From Mobula birostris (Eukaryota): a DNA stretch of 64,000 bases. The stretch covers positions 155,998,058 to 156,062,057 of the forward strand of contig NC_092372.1 in NCBI RefSeq assembly GCF_030028105.1, written 5' to 3'. Every line of letters starts with the position of its first letter. The first letter of the stretch is position 1. Below are positions 27,290 to 39,520 of this stretch, piece by piece. Under the pieces are notes generated by a model that saw only the letters and a list, made by a program, of their open reading frames with translations, ran no database searches and had not been told where the DNA came from. The position numbers were made by a program, and so were the translations under genes.

Positions 27290-27757
27290 GCTGTAAATAA
27301 GGTTGAAAGAGTACAGAGAAAATTTACAAGGATATTGCTGGGACTGGAAGACCTGAGTTATAAGAAAAGATTGAATACACTAGTACTGTATTCCTTGGAA
27401 TCTAGAAGATTGAGGAGAGATTTGTCAGAGGTATACAAAATTACGAGAGCTGTAGATAGGGTAAAGGTTTTTTCCACTGGGGTTGGGTGGTACTATAAGG
27501 ACAGGTCATGGATTAAGTGTGAAAAGTTTAAGGGACACATGAGGGGAAACTTTACTCAGAGCGTTATGAGAGTGTGGAACGAGCTGCTAGCGCAAGTTGT
27601 GCATGTACGCTCAGTTTCAATGTTTAAGGGAAGTTTGGATATTTACGTTGATGGTAGAGGTATGGGGGACGATAGTCCAGGTGCAGGTTGAAGAGAGTAG
27701 ACAGTTTAAATGGTTCAGCATGGACTAAATGGGCCAAATGGCTTGTTTTTATGACTC
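27290..27757 (+). mobile_element. CR1-type LINE 3' fragment
   Basis: LGLEDLSYKKRLNTLVLYSLESRRLRRDLSEVYKI...FTQSVMRVWNELL. Confidence 0.85.
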
Positions 27758-27774
27758 TGAGATGGACCGCAGTA

Positions 27775-30700
27775 ATTTGACAAGACAAGAAAAGTGTGTA
27801 TGGAACTGGAGGAGATAGCAGAGATACTTAATGTATACTTTGATTCAGTATTCACTATGGAAAAGGACCTTGGCGATTGTCGGGATGACTTACAATGGAC
27901 TGAAAAGCTTGAGATATAGACATTAAGAAAGAGGATGTGCTGGAGCTTTTGGAAAGCATCAAGTTGGATATGTTACCGGGACTGGACGAGATGTACCCCA
28001 GGCTACTGTGGGAGGCAAGGGAGGAGATTGCTGAATCTCTGGCAATGATATTTGTATCATCAATGGGGGCGGGAGAGGTTCCGGTGGTTTGGAGAGTTGC
28101 AAATGTTATTCCCTTGTTCAAGAAAGGGGGTAGAGAGAGCCCTGGAAATTTTAGACCAGTGAGTCTTACTTCAGTGGTTGGTAAGTTGATGGAAAAGATC
28201 CTGAGAGGCAGGATTTATGAACATTTGGAGAGGCATAATATGATTAGGAATAGTCAGCATGGCTTTGTCAAAGGCAGGTTGTGCTTTAGGAGCCTGATTG
28301 AATATTTTGAGGATGTGACTAAACACATTGATGAAGATATTTTACTTTACTTTATACTTTATTGTCGCCAAACAATTGGTACTAGAGCGTACAATCATCA
28401 CAGCGATATTTGATTCTGCGCTTCCCACTCCCTGGATTACAAATATTAAATATTAAAAATAGTTAAAATTAGTAAATATTAAACATTTAAATTTTAAATC
28501 ATAAATAGAAAATAGAAAAATGGGAAGTAAGTCCGTGCAAAAAAACCGAGAGGCAGGTCCGGATATTTGGAGGGTACAGCCCAGATCCGGGTCAGGATCC
28601 GTTCAGCAGTCTTATCACAGTTGGAAAGAAGCTGTTCCCAAACCTGGCCGTACGAGTCTTCAAGTTCCTGAGCCTTCTCCCGGAGGGAAGAGGGATGAAA
28701 AGTGTGTTGGCTGGGTGGGTTGTGTCCTTGATTATCCTGGCAGCACTGCTCCAACAGCGTACGGTGTAAGGTGAGTCCACAGATGGAAGATTGGTTTGTG
28801 TGGTGTGATGTGCTGCATCATGTTCATGATCTTCTGCAGCTTCTTTTGGTCTTGGACAGGACAACTCCCATACCAGGTTGTGATGCACCCTAGAAGAATG
28901 CTTTCTACAGTACATCTATAAAAATTAGTGAGGGTTTTAGAGGACAGGCCAAATTTCTTTAGTTTTTTCAGGAAGTAAAGGCGCTTCTTGGCAGTGAACT
29001 CTGCTTGGTTGGACCAAGTCAGGTCATTTGTGATATTGACCCCGAGAAACTTAAAGCTTTTGACCTGTTCCACTTGCGCACCACCGATGTAAATTGGGTC
29101 GTGCAGTCCGCTACTCCTTCTGAAGTCAACAACCAATTCCTTCATCTTGCTGATGTTGAGGGATAGGTTATTGTCTTCGCACCATGCCACCAGGTTCTTA
29201 AATTCCTCTCTGTACTCAAACTCATCATTACCCGAGATACGACCTACAATTGTTGTGTCATCAGCAAACTTATATATTGAGTTTGATGGAAACTTGGCTA
29301 CACAATCATCGGTGTACAGTGAGTACAGCAGGGGGCTGAGTACACAGCCTTGTGGGGCACCGGTGCTCAGAGTGATTGTAGAGGAGAGCTTGTCCCCTAT
29401 TTTTACAGCCTGGGTCCTGTCTGTGAGGAAATTGAAGATCCAGCTGCAGATCTGAGTACTAAGGCCCAGGTTCTGGAGCTTAGGAATCAGATTATTTGGA
29501 ATGATGGTATTAAAGGCAGAGCTGTAGTCAATGAAAAAGAGCCTTACGTATGTGTTTTTATTCTCCAGGTGTTCTAAGGAGGAATGCAGAGCCAGAGAGA
29601 TGGCATCTGCCGTTGACCTGTTGCTCCGGTATGCGAATTGCAAAGCGTTGAGGTTGACTGGTAGGCTGTGGTTGATGTGTGCCATAACCAATCTCTTGAA
29701 GCACTTCATAGCAATTGATGTCAGAGCCACAGGTCAATTGTCATTCAGGCATGCCACCTTGCTCTTCTTCAGCATTATCGTTGCCTTCTTAAAACACAAG
29801 GGTATCTTAGACTGAAGCAAGGAGCAGTTGAAGCTGTCAGCAAACACTCCAGCTAGCTCGCTTGCACAGGCCCAGTGAGCCCATCCTGGGACGCCATCTG
29901 GGCCCGTTGCCTTCCTTGAATTTATCTTCAGGAAGGCCCTTCTAACATCCTCCTCGGTGACGATGAACCTTGATGCCACCAGGTCCAGTTCATCCGGAGG
30001 GAGTGGGACACTCCTCTTCTGTTCAAATCTTGCGTAGAATATGTTAAGTTCGTTAGGAAAAGAAGCGCCACAGTTATTGATATTCCCAGCCTTTTCTTTG
30101 CACCCAGTGATCTCATTTAGACCCTGCCATAGTCTACTGGCATCCCTTTGGTTAGCCTGGGCTTCCAACTTGGCTCGATATTGCCTCTTGGCGCCCTTAA
30201 TGGCTTTCTGGAATTCACGCCTGGATTCCGTGTAGCGATTGGTATCCCCGGACCTAAAAGCCACAGCTCTAGCCTTTAAAAGGGAATTGACCTCATAATT
30301 CATCCAAGGTTTCTGGTTAGGGAATACCCGGATCATCTTGCGAGACACACAGCCCTCCGTGCATTCCCAAATAAAGTCCGTGACAGCTGAGGCATACTCA
30401 GAGGTTAGCTGCCAAGTCCTTGAATACTAACCAGTCCACCAATTCAAAGCAGTCACAGAGGACCTCATCCGTTTCCTCCGTCCAATGCGACACTACTTTT
30501 GACACCGTGAACTCCCGCTTCAGTTTCTGTCTGTAAGCCGGGAGGAGGAGTACGACCTGATGGTCCGATTTTCCGGTGAGGTCGTGGGACGGAACAGTAG
30601 GCATCCTTGACTGCTGTGTAGCAGTGGTCAAGTATATTTGGGCCTGTAGTGGGGCAGGAGACATGCTGGTATAACTTTGGCAGCGCCTTTCTGAGGTTGG

Positions 30701-32735
30701 CCTGGTTAAAGTCCCCGGCTGTAATGAGCAAAGCCTCCAGATACCTGGTCTCAATTTCACTGATGTTGGCATACGGTATGTTCAGAGCACACTCCAAGTC
30801 CGCCTGGGGGGGGGGGAATGTAGACCGCTGTCAGTACGATCGAGGTGAATTCCCGTGGCAGATAGTAGGGACGACACTTCACCAACAGGTGTTCCAGGTC
30901 TGGGCTGCAGGAGCTTATCAGTGCCACTGTGTCCGAGCACCACCCGGTGTTGATCAGTAGGCAGACACCACCTCTCCTCGTCTTGCCTGAAGATGCCGAA
31001 CGGTCCATCCAATGGATCGAAAATCCCTCCAGTCGGATGGCACAGTCGGGGGTGGCAGGGGAGAGCCAGGTCTCGGAGAAACAGAATACACAGCAGTTCT
31101 GCATCTCCCTGCAGTAGGTGAGTCTCCCTTTAAGATCATCCACCTTGTTCTCTATGGCTTGCACATTAGCTAGTAGGATGGTGGGCATAGGGACCCTGAA
31201 GCCCCTCAGCTTCAATCTGACCAGCAGCCCAGCTCTTTTCCCACGCTTCCTCGGTAAATAGTGCATCTTTCTAGATTTCCATCGATGCAGTGTGTTGTTG
31301 TCAGCTCTTTGAGGTAGGTGGATGTGTCCCACAGGAATCGATCGGTGGGTTGCATTGGCGTGCGCTCCGGGTTGGGCCGAGTAACGGGGGAGGCTCCGCT
31401 GCCACTTCCAGCTGCCAGGGGCCAGGGCTGTCGATTGGGTCGGGCCCCGAAGCCAACACTTAATCCCGGATGGCCTTGCTGAAACAAGTCCGTAAGCCGA
31501 GTCACGGTTGCGGAAGCCTCTGCTCCAGTCGAGCCTCGGGCTCGATTTCCGAGGTAGAGCAGTAGATGTAGTGTATATGGATTTCAGCAGGGTATTTGAT
31601 AAGGTACCCCATGCAAGGCTTATTGAGAAAGTAAGGAGGCATGATATCCAAGGGGACCTACTTTGTGGATCCAGAACTGGCTTGCTTACAGATGGCAAAG
31701 AGTGGTTGTAGACAGGTCATATCCTGCATGGAGGTTGGTGATCAGTGCTGTGCCTCAGGGAATGTTCTGGAACCCCTCCTCTTTGTAGTTTTTATAAATG
31801 ACCTGGATAAGAAAGTGGAGGGATGGGTTAGTAAATTTGCTGATGACACAAATGTTGGGGGTGTTGTGGATAGTGTGGGCTGTCAGAGGTTACAGTGGGT
31901 CATTGATAGGATGCAAAATTGGGCTGAGAAGTGGCAGATGGAGTTCAATCTGGGTAAGTGTGAGGTGGTTCATTTTGGTACGTCAAATATGATGGCAGAA
32001 TATAGTATTAGTGTAAAGACTCTTGGCAGTGTGGAGGATCAGAGGGATCAGAGGGATCTTGGGGTCTGAGTCCATAGGACACTCAAAGCAGCTGTGCAGG
32101 TTGACTCTGTGGTTAAGAAGGCATACGGTTCATTGGCCTTCATCAATTGTGGGATTGAGTTTAGGAGCCAAGAGGTAATGTTGCAGCTATATAGGACCCT
32201 GGCCAGACCCCACTTGGAGTACTGTGCTCAGTTCTGGTTGCCTCACTACAGGAAGGATGCGGAAACTATAGAAAGGATGTAGAGGAAATTTACAAGGATG
32301 TTGCCTGGATTGGGGAGCATGCCTTATGGAAACAGGTTGAGTCAACTCGGCCTTTTCTCCTTGGAGAGGTGACCTGATAGAGGTGTATAAGATAATGAGA
32401 GACATTGATTGTGTGGATAGTCAGAGGCTTTTTCCCAGGGCTGAAATGGCTAACACGAGAGGGCATAGTTTTAAGGTGCTTGGAAGTAGATACAGAGGAG
32501 ATGTCAGGGGTAAGTTTTTTTACGCAGAGAGTGGTGAATACGTGAAATGGACTGCCAGTGATGGTGGTGGAGGTGGATACAATAGGGTCTTTTAACAGGC
32601 TCCTGGATAGGTATATGAAGCTTAGAAAAATAGAGGGCTATGGGTAACCCGCGGTAATTTTTAAAGGAAGGATATGTCTGGCACAGCATTGTGGGCCGAA
32701 GGGCCTGTATTGTGCTTTAGGGCTTCTGTTTCTCT
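27775..32735 (+). mobile_element. CR1/HER1-type LINE, 5'-truncated, split by a Rex insertion
   Basis: RT motifs PGNFRPVSLTSVVGKLMEKI, SQHGFVKGR, DVVYMDFSRVFDKVPH, KFADDT, RPHLEYCAQFW; KHIDE|GRAVDV interrupted at 28336/31552. Confidence 0.92.
28337..31551 (-). mobile_element. Near-full-length Rex1/Babar LINE with frameshifted endonuclease-RT ORF
   Basis: APE motifs (ILLANVQ, CFSETWL, GGVC, AGDFNQ, LDHCYT, SDH), RT motifs ([41 protein letters not shown]), C-terminal [15 protein letters not shown]; (GTAAA)-like tail; ORF broken over 28592-~31280. Confidence 0.93.
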
Positions 32736-33124
32736 GTAAGGTTTCAGTTAGCCTAATGTATGGTCACATACTGTGTTCACAGTCTGTTGATCTTCCATCT
32801 CTCATGATGCATCAGGCAGCGGCTCTGGCCTTGAATCTGCCCACATCCAAAACCACGAAAATCCGGCACCCTGAAGGCATGCTAGTCTTCCAGGCCGCAT
32901 CCTTGGCATATCCAAAAGAGCTGGTCTTGAGGCCCTAAGAGTGGGTCCCATTTCCGCAAAGGACCAACGTCAGCGTGTACCACCAGGTCAGGGTTTTCAA
33001 AGGAACCCTGAAAAAGGAAAAAAAAAATTAAAGATAGAAATAGAGCTGCTTCCAAAGATGCAAGCGAAGGAGTCGCCAATAGGAACCATCATCCTGCTCA
33101 CCTCTGCCCCCAGACTTACACACT

Positions 33125-34370
33125 TTGAAGAAGAGTAAACAATGTACTCCTTATGAAGTTTGTTTTTTTTATTATCTGTGTGAGATTGTGGAGAGGAGTG
33201 GATGGTCTGTACAGTACTGTAAAGTAAGATTTCCTTTTGTCCATGTTGAAATGTATTATACGTAAAGAATGGATTAATATCATAGGTGGTGGAGTAAATA
33301 TGTAAAGGAGATTCCAAATATCTGAAGGAATCATAGGATTGTGTTTATGGGTAATTTGAACTCCTCTAGTATTGACTGGGACTACCATATTGCTAACAGA
33401 TTAGATGGAGCTGAATTAATTCATTGTGTCCAGGAAAATTTTCTCAAGCAATATATAGATTGCCCTGTAGAGACAGGGTGATACCTGACCTTATCTTGGG
33501 AAATGACCCTGATCAAGTATCAGTGTGTCAGTGGGAGAGCAGTTGGGACCAGTGAACAGAAATCTGTTAACTTTAAATTGGTCATGGAAAATAATAGGAC
33601 TACTCCATAAGTTAAAGTCCCAAATTGAAGCAAGGCCGATTCTGATGGCGTTGGACAGGATCTTGAAAGGGTTGACTGGGGGAGACTATGTGCAGTAAGG
33701 GGGTGTCTGGCAAGTGGGAGGCTTTTACCAGTGAGATAGAGAGAATTTAGGGTTAATGTATTCCTGTTAGAGTGAAAATCAAGGCTGACAGGATTAGAGA
33801 GTCCAGAATTAGGGATACTGAGTCTCTGGTCAGAAAAATGAGGCATACATGAGTGAGGTATGGGTATTGAGGATCAAAAGATTCCCCTGGGGAGTAGAAA
33901 GAACATAAGAGTACAGATAAGAAAGAAGTCAGAAGGTCAAAAACAGGACTTCTACTGGGAAGATCCTGGTATGGTCCACTGGAAAGTGGCCAAAGAAATC
34001 GTATATGGAATTTAACTCAGACAAATGAGGAATGATACATCTTGAGATGAAAAATCAGGCCAGGGAGACACAATGAACGACCAGACTTTGGGGAATGTAG
34101 TAGTACAGAAAGACCAAGTAGGTAGTTCCCTGAAGATGAGACACCCAAAGAAAATGTGGTGAAGAAGTTATATGGCAGTCTTTTCTTTATCTGAGGCCAT
34201 TAAGTACCGTAGTTGTGATGTGATGTTATAGCTATACAAGATGTTGTAGAAAATTATACTTGGAATATTGTGTGCATTTCTGGTCACCATGCTATAAGAA
34301 GGATGCCATTAAGTTGGAGCGGGTGCAGAAAACCTTCACAAGGATGCTCCCAAGACTGGAAGACTTGAGC
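33125..34370 (+). mobile_element. Old CR1-type LINE, internally deleted
   Basis: Degenerate endonuclease-region (cctgaccttatcttgggaaatgacc) and RT-end (ttggaatattgtgtgcatttctggtcacc) segments. Confidence 0.65.
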
Positions 34371-34647
34371 AAGAGATAAGAACCCAGCCTCTACAAGACA
34401 GATTTTGTTTGACAATGACCAATAGTTATGGTCAACATCTGTATCAAAGATATTAAGATTGAATCTGTAAGAAAGGAGTACAACAAGTTTAGAGAGAGGG
34501 GTGTTAGAGAGTGAGAGAAGAGCAAGCTTGTACTGAGGTGGGGACTAAAATGACAAAAATAAAGCAGTTGTTGAAGACACGTTTTTGACTCGGAAGGAAA
34601 GTCAAGAGTGAAAATGGCAGAAGATCAGTCTGGAAGGAGGATCCATG

Positions 34648-34808
34648 TTAAAACAAAAGCAGAAATAGACTAACTGGTTAAAGAAGCCAAAAGGGAAGAA
34701 ACTATTTGTAACAGAGTTGAAATGAAAGATTTATTGAAGCAAATAACTAGTCTAGCAGTTAAATATTACCAAATATTACCAGTTAGTCTATTTCTGCTTT
34801 TGTTTTAA
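34648..34808. repeat. Perfect 31-bp inverted repeat with 99-bp spacer
   Basis: TTAAAACAAAAGCAGAAATAGACTAACTGGT (34648-34678) and exact reverse complement (34778-34808); AAATATTACC x2 at 34761-34780. Confidence 0.95.
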
Positions 34809-35295
34809 ATGCTTTTATTTTCATGATAAATTCTCTAAGCAAATTTTTCCTGTGTAATATGCCTATTAAGAAGTTAAAGAGGAAATCCATTGCAAAATTT
34901 GGCCTTGTTTTGGTTTTATTGTTGTAGAAATTAACATAATCTTAGTTCTGCTATTTCTGATGTACCTAACCCTATTCCAATACCACTGCCAAAAATCTAG
35001 CCCGTACTATTTCACTTCCTGTATTCAAGAAAAGTGAGTTAAAATGTTGCATTTATTTATTTACAATTTTTAAATGAATTTTGTGAGAATGATTTTTATT
35101 CTGTATTTGAAAGTTTTGGGTATTGATTTGTGAATTCTGTAAAATTGAAGTTCTGTAACTTAAACGGCTGTAACACGGGTGACAAATGCAAGTGAGATTG
35201 ATCTTTATACATAAATATCAATTATACATAGTTGCTTTAGTCAATGTAAGAACATTTATTTTAAGTTCAAGTTAATGAAATGTGAAAATCAATTA

Positions 35296-35556
35296 TAGGC
35301 CATCCCAGGTTATGAGGATCTGACTTGTGAACACACCTACTTAAGAATTAGCTCACTGAATATTCTTACCTAAGACTGGCACAGCTAGTTTTCCCTCTCT
35401 TTCTCCACTTTTAGTAATTGTTCTTTCTTTGTGTGCTTTTGATGTAATTTATTGCAATACTGGGACTGCGGTTACCATATCAAGTGATTTTTGTGTATTT
35501 TCTGACTTGTGGATATCAGTAAAAACAGAACCTATTTATTACCTAGGGACAACCTG
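35296..35556. mobile_element. Probable pogo/Tigger-type MITE
   Basis: Imperfect TIRs TAGGCCATCCCAGGTTATGA vs reverse-complemented CAGGTTGTCCCTAGGTAATAA; TA at left flank. Confidence 0.5.
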
Positions 35557-35829
35557 TGGTTAGTTTCAGAAACTTTAGCATGGAGAAATTGCTAAAATAA
35601 TCTTAACCTGAAAATGGAGAATATTCACAAAGCTAACTCCACCTAGGATCTATAAGTACAAACGTTTATAAATAGATTGTAAAATCTTATTGGATTTTAA
35701 TGTGGAACACAAGATAAATAAATATTTAAAAATCTTAATTGTTTGATCTTGTGAAACCAAGGCCACATTTTTGAGGGGTAGTGAGGTAGATTTTGTATGT
35801 TTTGACATGCTTTTTTTTAATGTTTTAAG

Positions 35830-36023
35830 GTCTTTGAGCGATGGGAAAGCGATGATCTAGATGAATACTTGGTGACCAAGTTTGATCAAATGTTGACAGC
35901 AGTAGCAAGACCTTTAACATTCAACCAGAGCTCAGATGTAGCTAATGCAACACAAATTGTTTATCTACTCAGTAACGTCAGTTGGCTCATTGTGAAGTCT
36001 AAACGCAATGCATCATCGGAAGA
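35830..36023 (+). CDS. ABCA13: ABCA13-like exon
   Basis: gttttaAG / GA|GTGAGT; 194 nt, phase 0->2; VFERWESDDLDEYLVTKFDQMLTAV...KRNASSE vs recalled human VFVQWQQGSL. Confidence 0.85.
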
Positions 36024-36752
36024 GTGAGTCATAAATTTTACTATTTGTGTTGCATGTACCTCTGCTGACAAGAAAATGATTATTTTCCCTTGCACTTTAG
36101 AATGATTATTTGATTTAGGAGATTGAGTATGGAAATCTCTATCTAATCCAGAACACAAATGAGATGAGAGTCAGTTTTTTCCAAAAACTAAAATTTGAGA
36201 ATACGTGTAAAGTTGTAAGGGAGCTTCTGTATCAATTGCTAGAAATGGAGTTTTGACTTTTGTATATCCTAGATTATAGTTTTCTATTAAAATAGTGTGG
36301 GATGTTAGAGATACCTTTCTGATATTAATACAACAGCTATGTGGATTGACAACATCTAGATTTCATCTATGTAATGCCCAGGCTGTACCACGAAATTAGA
36401 AATGATATCTATCCAGGACACTGTTGAGCAACAAGAAGCAGCTGCTTAAGGAACAGCATTTTTAAATTCAAGGACAGGAAGCAGTTTGCTTGATCATACC
36501 AGAGAATTAACTACTGTGCATAGGCGGCCTTAGTTATGTTTCATCCGTTTCAACTGAAACGGGCCCCGCCCTCCCAGGAGCCCCCGACTGACATGCAAAA
36601 ATTTAATGCACAGCTCCCAGACACCACAATATTCTCCTGCTATTGCCAGCTGAACCACCAGTGGGTGCTCACTGATTGACATCTGAGAAAATATTTACTT
36701 CACTTGTAAACATTGCTCCTAGCAAAGAAGGCTACTTTTCAATGAGAGGAAA

Positions 36753-39323
36753 ATGAAATGCTCCTATCCTAGTGGTGCTGAAAAACAGAAACTATTAGAC
36801 AACAAAACAAAACGTCTAAATAGTCTCCCAAAAGTTACATCTTTCTTTGGTCCAGCATCTGTAAAAGGCCCCCCGACTGCAGTTGCTGCTGCACCATCAT
36901 CACAGCATGGGGCTGCAGTACCAAGTGACAGTGTAAGCGGTACAGGAGATGTTGATAATCAGAGCAATGAAAATGAGAAGAACAATTCTACTCAAACAGA
37001 TGGTGATAATGATGACCAAACTTTGTTTGATGAACAAGCACCACAGCATGATGACGGTCCTACAACTGAGACAGATGAGGGAGATGCCGCCACCAGCACA
37101 CCAGACAGAGAGAAAGCCCCATTAACATTCACAGAGACCGATCCGGCACGTTCGCCAACGCATATTACCAGTGACCAACAGATCGACATTGTTAAGAGAG
37201 GTCCCGTTCAGTTAGAGGACATTAACTTTCCACAGAGCCAATCACGCCGTCGTTTTACCAAGGACAGATATCTTATGAAGATGAGACATGGAGTAACCAT
37301 TCGTAGGTCATTGTTGGTGTACTCAGAATCATCTGATTCAATCTTCTGTTTCTGCTGTACCCTATTTGGCAAGCGAAATCACAGTCTCACTTGCGGACGT
37401 TTCGGAGTGTGGGAGCGACTCACTCTCACACTCCAGGATCATGAGAATTCAAATGCTCACCGTGCCAACATGGATAGCTGGTGTGAGCTGGAAACGTGCT
37501 TAAGAAAGCACAGTGCCATTGACAGCACGTACCAAGAAATGCAAATGCTGGATAAAAAAACACTGGAATGATGTCATGAAGAGGTTCATTGCCATAGTCT
37601 GTCACCTTGCAGAACGAAACCTCCCTTTCTGTGGCCACAATTCCACCCCACATGAACCAAATAATGGGAGCTTTCTAGGTCTGGGGGAGCTGCTTGCTGA
37701 GTTTGACCCAGTGATGAGCGAACATGTCAGACGAGCAGCGAAAAAAGAGATTGCTCACCACTACATGGGGAAAACCATACAAAATGAGTTAATTACACTT
37801 ATTGGAGACAAGACACTGGAACCGATAACAGAGAGAGAGTAATACAATCACATTACTACTGGCTGATAATGGACTGCACCACTGACGCTGCACACACAGA
37901 GCAGCTCTCTGTGACACTGCGCATTGTCACACGCCAAGTCAATGTCGGAGCTACTGTTAGTGAGCATTTTGTTGGTTTTCTACCAGTGCTCGACACAACA
38001 GGTGCAGGCCTAACCGACGTTTTCTTAACGCATGTGGAGAAGTTAGGATTAGATATCTCCAAATACAGGGGCAGGCATATGATAACGGGAGCAATATGCG
38101 GGGGAAAATAGCGGGGTGCAGAAGAGGGTGCTAGATATTAACAAAAAAGCACTGTTCATGCCATGTGCCAGCCACAGCCTAAACCTAGTCATTGTCGATG
38201 CTGCAAAATCAACAGTGGAGTCTGTGAGCTTCTTTGGGATACTGCAATGTCTATACACACTATTCAGCTCATCGACACAGAGATGGGAGCTTTTCAAGGA
38301 GAGCGTGCCACAGATGACCCTCAAGGCCATACCCAACACGCGATGGGAGTGCCGCGTGGGAGGTGTGAAAATCCTGCGCTACCAGCTTCCTGATGTTGGC
38401 AATGCGCTCCTGTCACTGATTGAACATGCCACATAGAAAGGTGATAGTGAAACCACATCTGCAGCCAGAGGCCTAGAACAGGAGATCATGTTGACTGCTA
38501 TCATCTGGTACAATGTTTTACATGAGGTGAATTGTGTCAGCAAGCTGCTCCAGAGCCCACAAGTGGGAATCGATGTGCTACAGTGCGAGGTGGAATATGT
38601 TCTGAAATTTCTCAAGGAATACAGAGAGAACAGCCTTTCATCTGCCCAAACAGATGCCAGAGACATAGCTGAAGAGATAGGGATGCCAATGGTCTTTCCT
38701 ACTGCACGAATCAGAAAACCAAAACTCCAGTTCCAGTACGAGTCCCAAAGTGCAGATCCTTCCCTGACAGTGGCACCCGAGGAATGGTACAAGAGAAAAG
38801 TTTTTCTTCCACTAGTGGACTCTGCCATCACAGGCATTAGTGAGCGCTTCAAGCTGATGGAGTCATTTTAGAGTCTGTTTGGCTTCATTTATGGAAGAAA
38901 GGAAATGAAAAAAGTCACACACTGAAAGACAGCTGCATAAACATGGAGAGGACACTGGGTGATGTGGATGCTGAGGATCTTTTGCGCAAGGTGTTGGCTG
39001 CTGTCAGTGCCCTACTTGCAAAAGAAACCACTGGCCTGCAGATTCTGAACTACATTTACAGCAACAATCTGGTTGAACTGTATCCTAACCTCACCATTGC
39101 TCTAAGACTCATGCTGACAGTGCCTGTGACTGTAGCGAGTGGAGAGAGAAGTTTTTCGAGGCTAAAGCTCATCAAAGTGCATCTGAGGACAACCATGCTC
39201 CAGGAGCATCTGTCAGCTCTTGCTTAGATAGCAACTGAGCATGAAATAACAAGATCGCTGGACAAAGATGAGCTCATTAAAGCATTCTCAGCACTCAAGC
39301 ACAGGAGGGTGGTGAAGTTCTAG
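36753..39323 (+). pseudogene. Disrupted hAT transposase (ZMYM1-like/TTF-zinc-finger type)
   Basis: YPSGAEK start, YSESSDSIFCFCCTLF, IQNELI, catalytic IMDCTTD / YDNGSNM / ASGERSFSRLKLIK, CASHSLNL, TRW; frameshifts near 37560, 37835, 38070, 38108 and in-frame TAGs at 38434, 38869, 39225. Confidence 0.93.
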
Positions 39324-39499
39324 TGGTAAGTCTTTTAACATATGTTTAGCAGAAATGAAGTTTATAATTAAAATAATTTCACTCAAAATGCGTATAGGCG
39401 ATTAGGCGGTGTTTCCACAAATCGTAATTTCTCTCTCCCACTTGCGTCCTCTCTCTCTCTCTCTCTCACTCTCCTCCTGTTCGCTCTCCAGGCCTTACG

Positions 39500-39520
39500 T
39501 GAGCTGTCCGTGGTGCTGAA
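39500..39520 (-). promoter_or_regulatory. RE1/NRSE (REST/NRSF) motif inside the hAT 3' region
   Basis: Minus strand TTCAGCACCACGGACAGCTCA vs canonical TTCAGCACCACGGACAGCGCC: 19/21, first 18 exact; degenerate second copy TTCAGCATAATGGACAG at 39804-39820. Binding not shown. Confidence 0.8.

Noticed and set aside
30757-31698. 313-aa minus-strand ORF as a novel protein
   Set aside because: Chimeric read-through from antisense CR1 into the Rex 5' region and endonuclease; explained by the nested insertion.
36753-39323. Domesticated ZMYM1-like host gene
   Set aside because: Flanked by TIRs and an 8-bp TSD, intronless, with several stops and frameshifts: a dead transposon copy.
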